Origin: a virus
Taxonomy: Duplodnaviria; Caudoviricetes
Strand: one strand, 5' to 3'
Length of the DNA stretch: 64,000 nucleotides
Virus record (IMG/VR): IMGVR_UViG_3300037692_000137
Coordinates: 64,001 to 128,000 of that record
The position numbers and the translations under genes were made by a program. Below the pieces are notes generated by a model that saw only the letters and a list, made by a program, of their open reading frames with translations, did no database searches and had not been told where the DNA came from. Below, piece after piece: positions 29,201 to 37,706 of this stretch (positions are counted from its first letter, which is position 1; every line of letters starts with the position of its first letter).

Positions 29201-30080
29201 TGTATGCTACGGAAACAGCACTATTAATCCCTGTTGTGCCAGATAGTATTTTTAGTTTTCCTTGCTCAACCTCGACAGAAGAGTAGCAATAGCCACCTAT
29301 ACTTAAAGAGCCTAACTTTGTATTTAATATGTGGGCCATTTCATTTATAGTTACATTTAAGTTCTCCCCTAAATGAAATTTTGCGTCACCGTAACCATCT
29401 ATGTTTACTAATATAGTGTCGTTTCCAGAAATAGTAGTATACTGCTCGTAGCCCGTTCCGGCTAAGCAGTACCCTCTTTCTCCAGCTCCTGGACATGGAT
29501 GCGTATAGCTTTGATAGTAAGAGCACTGTGTATTAGAACACTTAAAATTACCTTCTGAACTTATAGTTATATATTTTATAGCAAATTGGTCTTTCTCCCA
29601 ACCATCTATAAATGGATATACACGTAAATTACAAATGTCGCCCACCCAATATCTAGCTGGACCTAGATTTATTACATACAGATGCCATTGATCGTCAGAG
29701 ACAATATCAAATTCGTACTCTTTTTTGTCATCCCAAAGATCGTCTGTTAATGTTATCCAACGTAGTTTGCCTAGTGTTAGCCCTTGATTACGTTTATCCT
29801 TATTATTATTAGTAATCTTTAACATTATTTTTACATAATAATAGTCCTCTGCTGTAATTGGCAGCATGTTATCTGTTCTACCGATATAACAAAATCTATC
29901 CGCAGACGTGCCAAATAACACATTATGCCAACAACCATAAAAGTATGTATTGTAATAAACATCCCATCCGCCCACATTACCATTAATAGAAAAGTCAGTA
30001 ATGTACGCGTTAGAGCTATCATAAACGCAACTTAGATCATTACTTACCTTATGTGCTGTGTTTAAAAAATTATAGGCCAT
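23274..30080 (-). CDS. Giant multi-domain virion protein with carbohydrate-binding, F5/8-C-like and LamG-like domains
   Basis: 2268 aa; N-terminal CBM-like WHLYVINL...WVGDICNLRVYP, discoidin-like DKVVDG...ARRFRLVI, LamG-like GTIEFW...HVAVVWD...LYINN. Confidence 0.65.
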   Translation of the reverse strand: MAYNFLNTAHKVSNDLSCVYDSSNAYITDFSINGNVGGWDVYYNTYFYGCWHNVLFGTSADRFCYIGRTDNMLPITAEDYYYVKIMLKITNNNKDKRNQGLTLGKLRWITLTDDLWDDKKEYEFDIVSDDQWHLYVINLGPARYWVGDICNLRVYPFIDGWEKDQFAIKYITISSEGNFKCSNTQCSYYQSYTHPCPGAGERGYCLAGTGYEQYTTISGNDTILVNIDGYGDAKFHLGENLNVTINEMAHILNTKLGSLSIGGYCYSSVEVEQGKLKILSGTTGINSAVSVAYSPAAVALGFFDSAFTDVSTCVNGVDFATGFDYASNRLLTATELGNLMDGNTDVISYTHNAQQYNVEGGRSDYNEIGYTSSTAYIQGDDGTTLANRGKTIVDWSHPFNSNGKIKHIYVYATRYANAKILICRPKLDGTLKVAYSLPFPAIVNNFYSNISFTHCIDCDILVNKGDLLAVFDADVSIGISLTNKPDATYSQLDGEPTDAFDPGVAYSMGVGGLAIYARSDKYQTNTLLDIDFGDRLNIEEFTIYGEEADDYFEYNIAMCLDVNWHVNLHGGNHKHQVWTATTSYVVTHTNMAYGLEALSDGKIIAENNIAGQSYTTGSTGLVTAGTHSYFYVNGDAEWLQPEEFSPTVVVSIYEFVEDPITLTLVFPTNKSCEIHKSIIYFKEEDNFRSFALYTGLGIYGYNGDYIDAQHKLIPSYNYIKMDGINYDSTNNEDIAAYLFSNPCSIDIVHDGDGYMVNTDNFFAANASYWTVLEHGFDPVDSYDFNIRCNYHNSTKITEIEVYSRMYFEPSIIDNVSLTYSTYGVEWKDALFSTEDTNVISAFIGGAPRYMKLSLQTATSFSVNELFCKTGDQVKTTKCDDTILLDDAKNGVVNDSKVYYIENLYDRPFDLMVDIPKTTNVDTSGIVFWSKLNSQEDIDNPDIGPPAVLRKAEDFILTNNNGQSAINTPCYGLNNLVDDKEAYYSFNEHDWFSYGTLISGTSINFDLGAYLNTQITEVAIPEVSATYWKLQFDSISKDCVVKDILAFYDDTRVPIELIYLNQTVDDAVMVDGVISNGVDINIPTIVTGNDPFDGIDGASYNTYLWQDNMLFDDSASYCHIVSNKLQLSLTTSEDGTYTLNYIPIIASDFSAEVSVTISFPSQADRLSVGLGVRGEHGGFVGIRKYIYGSSSRQYVFDKDAWYSYVNYVSNSILNFDLKITKVGALISCYYRTTGVSTWTTLSSGYSYTGFTNDRLKIELYTHMLLAFPNVVITFNNFNITATSILYPALIYSSNYAVGFKTISNAPINKIKVVHGTSTLQDPELLISYNNINYFTVGSALDYTAVTSNHSVYLAVDLLKRHNLDIIRNYGTLSDKLFLSSDLNVDYSNTTTDDVDEVAFGNSSKVDARWVRVNLLASDATLKTIDKLGIYPNIAIPYCIGGGYNCEWSSLGTILSDYSLPNNVAYNAYVEASNYVGHMTPDKVVDGKYNSGAAYDCWAFDGVNPSVAILFGDDYLIDKVRIHHSFSVNDSNFVNEDFTAYISTTVSGENFTQLFYTSNNTATETTHYFSPVTARRFRLVINSYTSTPISLGSDAYFTGSFLREIEIYTAVQTTYIDSETFPVICMNLKDNFNIVGHELISNDPNNEGISWDNRDEFFKYSESLYDDPKKVAFNLDNGATVIYHTDIDTGNLIGYWDYTFGDIYLDKGPYNVRWQSYDLDEDAEFGLRLEGPVTIDMSGRIIASDAWADEDVLIEVSESGYYTLKGIAFISNTYNWAIRNISIYRTSEYARWISVRRNTATEYAYNDITSEEGVDTLSVIKVYSEGSYAPTAYSWWWSSTVSVLSNDTQFVKDSNRSLKIAYPASTAEDTVMFIPGDDFGIDDGWSIKDLFTFQLYISDINKIDASFGDITFGIVNAAQENYYRWSLNDITLVTGWNHIRLKFEDFTTVYPLNDNSFYNLINQDLNFIYAEEGFNYVSLRYKGVGQAVTLYLTSLKIERNKFYDTVKFDKGLYLNNRDFLQIPVSGLTLTKGTIEFWLKTYYDSYGLDIFDRMQSRTLFSIVNNSNNIVSLGVKAGHWLELAAGHIRRSINLVNADSSFALSGYFDIDSLIHVAVVWDNSGTNTDNNDTIRLYINNVLIYNGKTTWEINDTKDLIVRLAGGNTPLAYNYDSPSGGGVYENIKLYNYCKTDFDINKQDISTDMAYDPNDYMEISSDNITFYNVGSAELPIIFNQVPAGDKRAIYIRANKTKGNFNNSGKTGQLLISWLTTV

Positions 30081-30477
30081 TTTTATCCAACTTTTGTTTT
30101 CTTAACTCGCATCTTATCACTATGTCTGAAAAACAATTACCTAAACTATCATAGCCAGGGCATTGACCACAGAATACTAAGCCCCTATCTGGATCTATTG
30201 TATAAGGGTCTAAACTTCTAAAAGCTATAAGTCTTTTTAAATCAGCTATTTCTATAACCATTTGTTTTCTAATTAATGCTTCCCAGTCTTTATATGTTAA
30301 ATTAAATAACTTCTCACATTTTACACATCTATACACCATTTCAGCGTTTATTGTCTCTTCTATTAATACACCTGTATCGGTATACATAACTTTATCTGAA
30401 GTCCATAAATGTTCTCTGGATAATTCCATATCCACGATAAGTAACCCATTACATTCTGTGCATTTTATATCATACAT
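30070..30477 (-). CDS. Zinc-binding hypothetical protein
   Basis: CTEC, CVKC, CGQC motifs. Confidence 0.65.
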   Translation of the reverse strand: MYDIKCTECNGLLIVDMELSREHLWTSDKVMYTDTGVLIEETINAEMVYRCVKCEKLFNLTYKDWEALIRKQMVIEIADLKRLIAFRSLDPYTIDPDRGLVFCGQCPGYDSLGNCFSDIVIRCELRKQKLDKNGL

Positions 30478-30499
30478 AAATAAGTACCTTTTGTTTTAA

Positions 30500-33400
30500 T
30501 TATGGTATATATTGAGATGTTTTAGAGTCTTCATCTACGGTTGAATCGGTGCCTACACTATATTCAATTACTGACGGCTGCCAAATACCGCCAGATAAAG
30601 CGTTAAATACGGTCGACCATGTGCCGTATTCAAATCTATTTATGGCTGCATAATATTGGGACTCTATCCAATCATATCCTCCAAAGCTGTCATATGTACA
30701 CGGATTTATATACTGCCACGAAAATAAGTCTGGTACAGTAATTCTACCGAAAGCACCGCCAGTAGCACAATTATATGCTAGCTTGGGTTTTGTTACATAA
30801 GCATTCCATTCATGGCCACAAGGGCTATATGTATTTTTTGGCAAAACATCAGTTAACGTATAATTTAAGGTGTTAGTAAAACTGCAAGTCCATACCGGAA
30901 ACTTTAAATTTAACATATCCAATAAACCATTTAATCCTGGTGGACATATAGAGGTTGCGGAAAAACTATCTGTACCTTTACGCATTACGGTATCAAATAT
31001 ATTTTTTTGCTCTTTTTCGAAAGCATACACATTATTACCAGGAACCCTTGTTTTATCAGCGACGCACCTATCTAAGAGTCTACCAGATGCCTTATGCATT
31101 GTAGTAAAATCCTCCCCGCTGTTGGCTACACCTAGTATACCAACAATTGTATCTATTTGCATTGGTGTAGATATCTCGTCAACAGGTGGATGCACTATAC
31201 TTCCTGTTATATTGTTACCATAAGTTGGGAAGGTGCCGTAGTCGCCATAAGAAACATAGTATTTACGCTCACTTGTTTTAAAGCCTTCTGTGGCACTTAT
31301 AAAACTTGTATCATATAGATTTATTGTTTTTATACTAATCCTATGATTATATAAATCGTAGTATTCGCCTAAACCGGAGGAGCCTAGTTCTTCATCGGTT
31401 ATGGTAAAGTCGAACTCCAGCTTTAAATACCTATAAAATCTACGCATGTCCTCTACAGAATAAGGTATATCGTAGGACATTGTTTTTATAATTACTACTT
31501 CAGAGTCTTCTGTGACTATCTGCCTATCTGCTTGATATATTTGAACATAGCCACTATCAGATTTTTTGTATACGGTTAACTTCGGTATATGATAAAATGT
31601 GTCAGGAGATTCCTCCTTTTCAGCTGGCTCTATACCAAATTTATACTCTATTTCCACTCTTGTTATAAATCTATTTTTATATTCAGACTTACGGGCTGGA
31701 ATAAAATCCACCTCTATAATTGAAGAGTTTGTAGTTGTTGGGTTGTATAATAAGTCAGGCGCTATTTGCGCAGGATAATATTCCCCAACCTCTATGGAGT
31801 CATAGGGTGTCAACAAAGAAGGCGCATTAAATGACCAATTGTAATCATTAGCACTTAGCGCTTGTGTGAACTTTGGTAAATAGTTAAACATTGCACTAAT
31901 TAAAGATATAGTCAACCCCCTATTATAGTAATACTTTACAAAATCACCAAAAGTGTCCAGCACTGAGTACACCCTGCCGTCAGTCTCAGCTGTGTTTTGT
32001 AAGTCTCCTTCATCAGTTGATACGTAAGCAGTGGAATCAAATAGGTTGGCCGTTGTAACCCAGGGTGTTTCTAAACATATTTTATATAACCCTAAAGAGT
32101 TGTCTATGAGCGTCGAGTCATACCCAACAAATTCAATTGTATCAAAAAATAGCCACTCTGTTGGAAGTTCTTCTAGTAAAATGCCATCTATATCAAAAAC
32201 CCTTGGTGGGCCATTATCTAATTGTATAAGAAAGTAATTGTCTGCTGGACCATATTCATCTTTATTCTTGGAGGGTACTATTGTTATATAGTGGTCACCT
32301 TCATCACAGACTATTTGGTGCTCCACTTTTTTATAGTCAAAAATGTAGTCTGGATGTTCTATACTAATAAATGTGTGTCTGCCGTGACCGCTTTCGTAAG
32401 GTAAAGAATAAGCAACATGTTCATCCTCTGCGCTTAGTATGTCATCACGTAGAGTCTCAGATCTATCTACTTCAAGCCATTTTTCTTGCCAAACCCATTG
32501 AATTGATTTGGTCTCATCCATTGGATAGTCATAGTAAGTGTACCAAGAACACACCGGGGTGGCATCGTCACCAATAAGGAACTGCGGTCTTGGTTTTGGG
32601 TACACAGCTGTGGAGCTAGCGTTGGCCCTAAATATAGTACCAAACTTAAACCTATTTACATCATCCACAGTTTCTGCTATTGTTACATTATCTATTAAAG
32701 CCACTTGCAATAAACCAAGTTGGTGTATAAATGGAGAGGCATAGTCATCTGTAATTAAGTCAATGTTGTAGTAATCAGCCGGTAAAGATATGTCAGCAAC
32801 AGTATAGTGTAAGGCCATGGGCATCCAACGTTTCTTCTCTACGGCATTGGCTCCAGATAAATCGTAATAAGTAACACAATCCATAGTGCGGTAAGAGTTT
32901 AATTGCCCACGAACAACATCACCAAACTTTGGAGGTACCCCGCTATTCCTTAAACAGTATTCAAGTGCTATAGCATCAAGGCCTCCGCGATAGAAGCCTT
33001 GACCGTTAAATAAGTTATCTGATACTTTTTTACCATTATAATAGTAAAAGTCGCAGGTACAATTCCACAGCTGCGCGTGGGATTCTTCAAAACCGTAGGA
33101 ATCCACTGGACCTAACATGCGCATATCATGTGATCCGTGATCAGCAGCTTCATCCGCGAACACCTCCATAACACCTCTATCAGAGATATGAGCACTAGAT
33201 ATCTCTTCATAAGAGGCTAATTTATCACAAGCGCTATAAGGGTACCACATAAAACCTGCTCTTGCATATGTTGACAACTCATGATCTCCACATGGGGGTG
33301 AAGAACCCCCAATAATACCTGTTTCTAATACTACTGAATATCTTCTACCGTAGCAGAAACCTTGTGGATATAATGTATATGTTGTATAGTTAGCTTTCCA

Positions 33401-35878
33401 ACTATAGAAAATTTCAACATCTTGACAATAGGGTTGTCTAACCCACATAATAGGCTTTGTCCTTGTTACCCCTTTAACTCTACCGCCAGTACTTTTATAA
33501 ACCACAGATATTAATATACTAGTAGAATCAAACTTTGATAGTGTGTACTCTATGGACTCCCCATCATTTATATTAGTTACATCTAAGGATAAAGGGTCAT
33601 TTAAATCGTTTACTGTTATCTTTTCAAAAGGCTCAGTAGGTACCTCATCAAAACTCCGTTTTTGGTAATAATGTAGTTTTGGTATATTAAGTTGAAATGA
33701 ACAAGGTCTTACAAAATCTTCTATATCTTTAGGTTTAACAAAAAACTGATTTACCTCAAGAGCGTCATTACACCAATCCATTATCTCCATCTCAATAGAC
33801 TTATGTTTACCGTCAACGTCTATAACGTCTAATGTTAATTTACCCTCTATTTCAAATGGCCTATGAACGTAGCTTAAATTAGGATCTGTATCAGGTAGTA
33901 TTACAAGTGCTTTACCTTTGTTACCAAAAAACTTTATATTTTCTTCCGTTAAAAATAAATCTGTAAACGCTGTAACTTTATATGATATGAAACTTGTGAT
34001 ATCAGTGCTATTTGTGTCATTGTAAACGTAAGCCACATCTCCATGCACTTTATCTTCTCTTAAACTAAGAAACTTAAATTTTACAGCCCCATTATCATTC
34101 ATATTGGCGGCAAACCTACTTTCATAGTTTGGTAATTTGTCTATTGTACCCCCGTCACCTTCAATAGAAAAAGCTGTTTGAGCTATAATACCACCACAGT
34201 ATTCTTTTTTAAAGTCTACTGTAGCAAATTCCCACGTATCCTCAGTTTTCTCCACAACCAGTATTTTATTATCACCAAAGAAAGTTTTTGCTCTGATATA
34301 AAAAGAGTTCTCGTCTTTTGGTAGTTCATTACCAGCGATACTGTCAGGCATAAATACAAGTAGGTTGTCAACTACTAGATTTAATTGGTTTTTCCAATCG
34401 TCATAGGCTTCCGCACTTTTAGCCTTAGAAACATTGTAACTACTAACATATTCAAGTAAACCAACTTTTATCGTTGATGGTAGTCGCTTATTTACATCTG
34501 GATCACTTAGGTTTATGGCGTATACATCGGCGTTATACACAAAGGAGTCGCCCCAAATAACTAAGTATTTGTGATTAAGATCCCCTGTCTCAAACACATT
34601 GTATTTATTAGTTACAGGTGGGGTATCTTCAGTACCTTCTGATATTGTTTCTGTAACCTGATCAAACACATTTCTTATTATAGGTCTAAGATTGGGTTCT
34701 TTAATTTCTTTTATTAGTGTTGGAAAACTTGTTTCTTGTGTTTCAGTTGGTATGCCATCAGTTAACGTAGTGCTATCATAAGATACGTCAAAGTAATTAA
34801 AGTGCCTAAAATAGTTTCTGGCTGCATGAATTAAAGCGGAAGTAGAGTATACTTTTGGATTAATAAATAAAGTATATGTACCTAACCAAGCATACAAATC
34901 TGGATTATCAAAAGATAGTTGATATATTGGTTGCTTAACAGTGGCGCCTAAAGCATTAGTAGACTCTACTAAGTCTGCCCAGCGTTCTCTTCTTATATAG
35001 TATCTAAGCTCTAATAGCTGCTCAGCTAATACTTTATCACCTTCCCCCATCTTGTCATCAACACAATACTGCCAACAAACACCGGTGTAATGTGGGCACT
35101 CAGGTTTAGCTCCATTACAGGGAGCTATGTAACCATAATTAACGTCATACTTATATTCCCAAAATTCTTTTACATTGTCATCTGAGCAAGTACAGTAAGT
35201 AATTATTTCATTTGCTTGACCATTTACAGTGTCAATAGAAAAATTCTCTACATTTGCTTGCCACCAATAACATTTACTGAGTTTTGCGCGAACATTAAAT
35301 ACTAAGTACGGTAAAGGTATTCTATAACCTAATTGTTGTTTGGTATAACAACCTTCTAGCATATAAGGCGTTGTATCTTCAGAACCCAGCTCTTTGGGCT
35401 TAAGTTTACCAAAGGCCATAATAAATGGGGCATAACCAGAACAGGTTATTGATGTACCATAACCATCGCATTGACCGTCATGGTATTCATTGATTGCTTT
35501 AAATGACCAGTAAGTACTGGCTTCGGAGATTGTTATTGGGTTTAAACCGTCATCGTATAAATAAACAAGCTTGCCTGTGTCTGCAATTGCTGAACCACTA
35601 GCCACAGTATGTACCCATTTCTCGCAGGTAGTTTTATTAGTTACATGTCTTGATGGGTCAGGTAGAACACACCTATTTGATCGGGCTTCACCAGGTTCAT
35701 ATTGTTTACAAACGTAGTCTGCTGTACCAAGAAGATTACAATAAGGGGCCATAGTAGCTCGTAAAAGGGTTCCTTGATCATTTGTGCCCTTATATAAACA
35801 AATTGTCATGTCATTGTCCCAGTGCATGCATACGGCTGGTTCAATGGTTGACCAATATTGACATGGATTTTTAGCCAT
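30500..35878 (-). CDS. Giant cysteine-rich virion-associated protein
   Basis: 1792 aa uninterrupted ORF in the structural block, with a dense N-terminal Cys cluster. Confidence 0.65.
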   Translation of the reverse strand: MAKNPCQYWSTIEPAVCMHWDNDMTICLYKGTNDQGTLLRATMAPYCNLLGTADYVCKQYEPGEARSNRCVLPDPSRHVTNKTTCEKWVHTVASGSAIADTGKLVYLYDDGLNPITISEASTYWSFKAINEYHDGQCDGYGTSITCSGYAPFIMAFGKLKPKELGSEDTTPYMLEGCYTKQQLGYRIPLPYLVFNVRAKLSKCYWWQANVENFSIDTVNGQANEIITYCTCSDDNVKEFWEYKYDVNYGYIAPCNGAKPECPHYTGVCWQYCVDDKMGEGDKVLAEQLLELRYYIRRERWADLVESTNALGATVKQPIYQLSFDNPDLYAWLGTYTLFINPKVYSTSALIHAARNYFRHFNYFDVSYDSTTLTDGIPTETQETSFPTLIKEIKEPNLRPIIRNVFDQVTETISEGTEDTPPVTNKYNVFETGDLNHKYLVIWGDSFVYNADVYAINLSDPDVNKRLPSTIKVGLLEYVSSYNVSKAKSAEAYDDWKNQLNLVVDNLLVFMPDSIAGNELPKDENSFYIRAKTFFGDNKILVVEKTEDTWEFATVDFKKEYCGGIIAQTAFSIEGDGGTIDKLPNYESRFAANMNDNGAVKFKFLSLREDKVHGDVAYVYNDTNSTDITSFISYKVTAFTDLFLTEENIKFFGNKGKALVILPDTDPNLSYVHRPFEIEGKLTLDVIDVDGKHKSIEMEIMDWCNDALEVNQFFVKPKDIEDFVRPCSFQLNIPKLHYYQKRSFDEVPTEPFEKITVNDLNDPLSLDVTNINDGESIEYTLSKFDSTSILISVVYKSTGGRVKGVTRTKPIMWVRQPYCQDVEIFYSWKANYTTYTLYPQGFCYGRRYSVVLETGIIGGSSPPCGDHELSTYARAGFMWYPYSACDKLASYEEISSAHISDRGVMEVFADEAADHGSHDMRMLGPVDSYGFEESHAQLWNCTCDFYYYNGKKVSDNLFNGQGFYRGGLDAIALEYCLRNSGVPPKFGDVVRGQLNSYRTMDCVTYYDLSGANAVEKKRWMPMALHYTVADISLPADYYNIDLITDDYASPFIHQLGLLQVALIDNVTIAETVDDVNRFKFGTIFRANASSTAVYPKPRPQFLIGDDATPVCSWYTYYDYPMDETKSIQWVWQEKWLEVDRSETLRDDILSAEDEHVAYSLPYESGHGRHTFISIEHPDYIFDYKKVEHQIVCDEGDHYITIVPSKNKDEYGPADNYFLIQLDNGPPRVFDIDGILLEELPTEWLFFDTIEFVGYDSTLIDNSLGLYKICLETPWVTTANLFDSTAYVSTDEGDLQNTAETDGRVYSVLDTFGDFVKYYYNRGLTISLISAMFNYLPKFTQALSANDYNWSFNAPSLLTPYDSIEVGEYYPAQIAPDLLYNPTTTNSSIIEVDFIPARKSEYKNRFITRVEIEYKFGIEPAEKEESPDTFYHIPKLTVYKKSDSGYVQIYQADRQIVTEDSEVVIIKTMSYDIPYSVEDMRRFYRYLKLEFDFTITDEELGSSGLGEYYDLYNHRISIKTINLYDTSFISATEGFKTSERKYYVSYGDYGTFPTYGNNITGSIVHPPVDEISTPMQIDTIVGILGVANSGEDFTTMHKASGRLLDRCVADKTRVPGNNVYAFEKEQKNIFDTVMRKGTDSFSATSICPPGLNGLLDMLNLKFPVWTCSFTNTLNYTLTDVLPKNTYSPCGHEWNAYVTKPKLAYNCATGGAFGRITVPDLFSWQYINPCTYDSFGGYDWIESQYYAAINRFEYGTWSTVFNALSGGIWQPSVIEYSVGTDSTVDEDSKTSQYIP

Positions 35879-36179
35879 TTATGACCTTTATATTAAATTT
35901 GCCAGTAAACTCATCAATAGTATAATGTACTTTTGTAGCGCCCTCATAAAAACCTATTGTGCGCTGTTCCACTTGAAAAGAGGCTTGATTACCCGGTATC
36001 ATAGACGCACGAGTATTAATGAAGTAAGCCTCTTTATTTAATAGGTGCCAACTTCTACCATCATAGTGTAAAGACAAACATTTTATCTGCGTTTTTGGTA
36101 TCGAAGCCCAAGAAGATTGATTTTCATTTATAGTAGTACCATCCTGTAGTTCTACTTCCCAACCTCTTCTAATTGACAT
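35871..36179 (-). CDS. Hypothetical protein
   Basis: 102 aa, overlaps both neighbours in operon fashion. Confidence 0.65.
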   Translation of the reverse strand: MSIRRGWEVELQDGTTINENQSSWASIPKTQIKCLSLHYDGRSWHLLNKEAYFINTRASMIPGNQASFQVEQRTIGFYEGATKVHYTIDEFTGKFNIKVING

Positions 36180-37605
36180 GATTGGTTCCTTTTCCTTTAT
36201 TGTATTTAACGTATTTTAAATTACCACAATCCCATATACGTGTATAGCCTTGGGCTTTCCTTAGTTCCCATTCAGAAACATCTTTTGGTTCGTCTGCCTT
36301 TTTACGAAGAGAGAACCTGTTAAATCTTTCATAACATTGATCTTTGAGATACCAATAATTAGGTTTAGTGTATTGATCAAACTCAAATCCTAATTTAGTG
36401 TATAAAGCGCCATCAGACCATCTTCTATCGGCGTAAGAAAATAACTCTAACCACGAGTAATTGCGTTCAAAATATTTTAGTAATTTTGAAGCACCCCCTA
36501 CTATCTCAGTGTTAAGCTTAGAACAAAACCTATGTAATTCCCAAACCCCCTCTTTAATTATTTTGTGTCCTTTGGCTAGGGATGGCCTGGAAAAGGTCAT
36601 TACGGCAACTAACATATCATTATATAATAAACCAAGTTTAATTGATGACCCCGCACCATACCCTTGAAGATGATTTTCTTCACAAAACATACGTGCTTGC
36701 TTTGCGTTTATGGTGGTAACTTTGCAATTACGGGCGTATATTTTAATAAAAGCTGATCTATCTATATAACTCAACAACCGTGACCGACATATTGCATTTT
36801 TGTATCTAAACTCATCAGCAAAAACCGTTATGAGCTTATAATTGTTGTTTAAACAGCCCTCCAATTTTTTTAAATGGTAGCTTTCTCCTTTACCTGTTAG
36901 TTCTGAATGCCAATATAAACCACAATACTCTATGGCAATTTTTTTATCTGGGATTACTATGTCTAATTCTTTGGGTTTACAAATAAATCTATTATTAGTA
37001 CTTACTTCAGCATGCTCTGATATAAAGCCTCTTAAAGCCTCTTCTTCTTTTGATACACCGCTACTACCACAAGTAGCACAGCGACTGCCTTTACTTGACC
37101 AATTATCCCAGGTAAAACTATAAATGTGCCCATTCGGGCATTTAGTTGTTAAATGATCTTGACAACCAATATAGTTTTCTGACATTAAATTATAGCCTTC
37201 CTGCTCCAAAGATGTTTTAATATCTAAAATATTTTTTTTTATGTTGCCATTACATAAGTAGCACCTTCGTCCTTGAAGCCATGAAGAATAGCAAATTGTG
37301 TATTTGTGCCCATGTGGGCAAACATAGTCTAATTTTTGCTTATTGTTTAGGTATTCTTTTGTTAATAAGACATAACCTTCTAATGCAAAGGACTTACGTA
37401 TCTCATCTAATGTATGTATGGGCCTCCCATTACAATAGGGACATCTGGCATCTTTGTGCAGCCAGTCAGCCCAAGCTATACTGTGTATGTGGCCTTCTGG
37501 GCATTTGTAATTAAGTTTCTTTTTGTTACTAATGTAAGTGTCACTTAATAATGTGTATCCCTCATTTTCAAAAGCTTTTCTTACAACATCTATTGTATAA
37601 CGCAT
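36169..37605 (-). mobile_element. Hef-like putative homing endonuclease: three zinc repeats, Vsr-like PD-(D/E)XK domain, C-terminal GNAT-like domain
   Basis: EGYxLL...CPxGH...RC repeats; ELDIVIPDKKIAIEYCGLYWHS; NHLQG...WELHRFC...GGASKLL...SYADRRW...IWDCG. Confidence 0.8.
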
Positions 37606-37685
37606 TTAATTCCCTTACCGAGAGTTACTAGGTTAGAGGAGTGGGTAAGCACCCCTCAACGTCCGTCAACGCTGTCCCTAATGTG
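37606..37685 (-). promoter_or_regulatory. Structured 5' leader of the endonuclease gene (hairpin plus predicted pseudoknot over the RBS)
   Basis: Stem GAGGGGTG/CACTCCTC (37657-37636) with loop CTTACC complementary to GGTAAG (37619-37614) in the Shine-Dalgarno region. Confidence 0.55.
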
Positions 37686-37706
37686 TTTAATAACTTCATT
37701 TAATTA

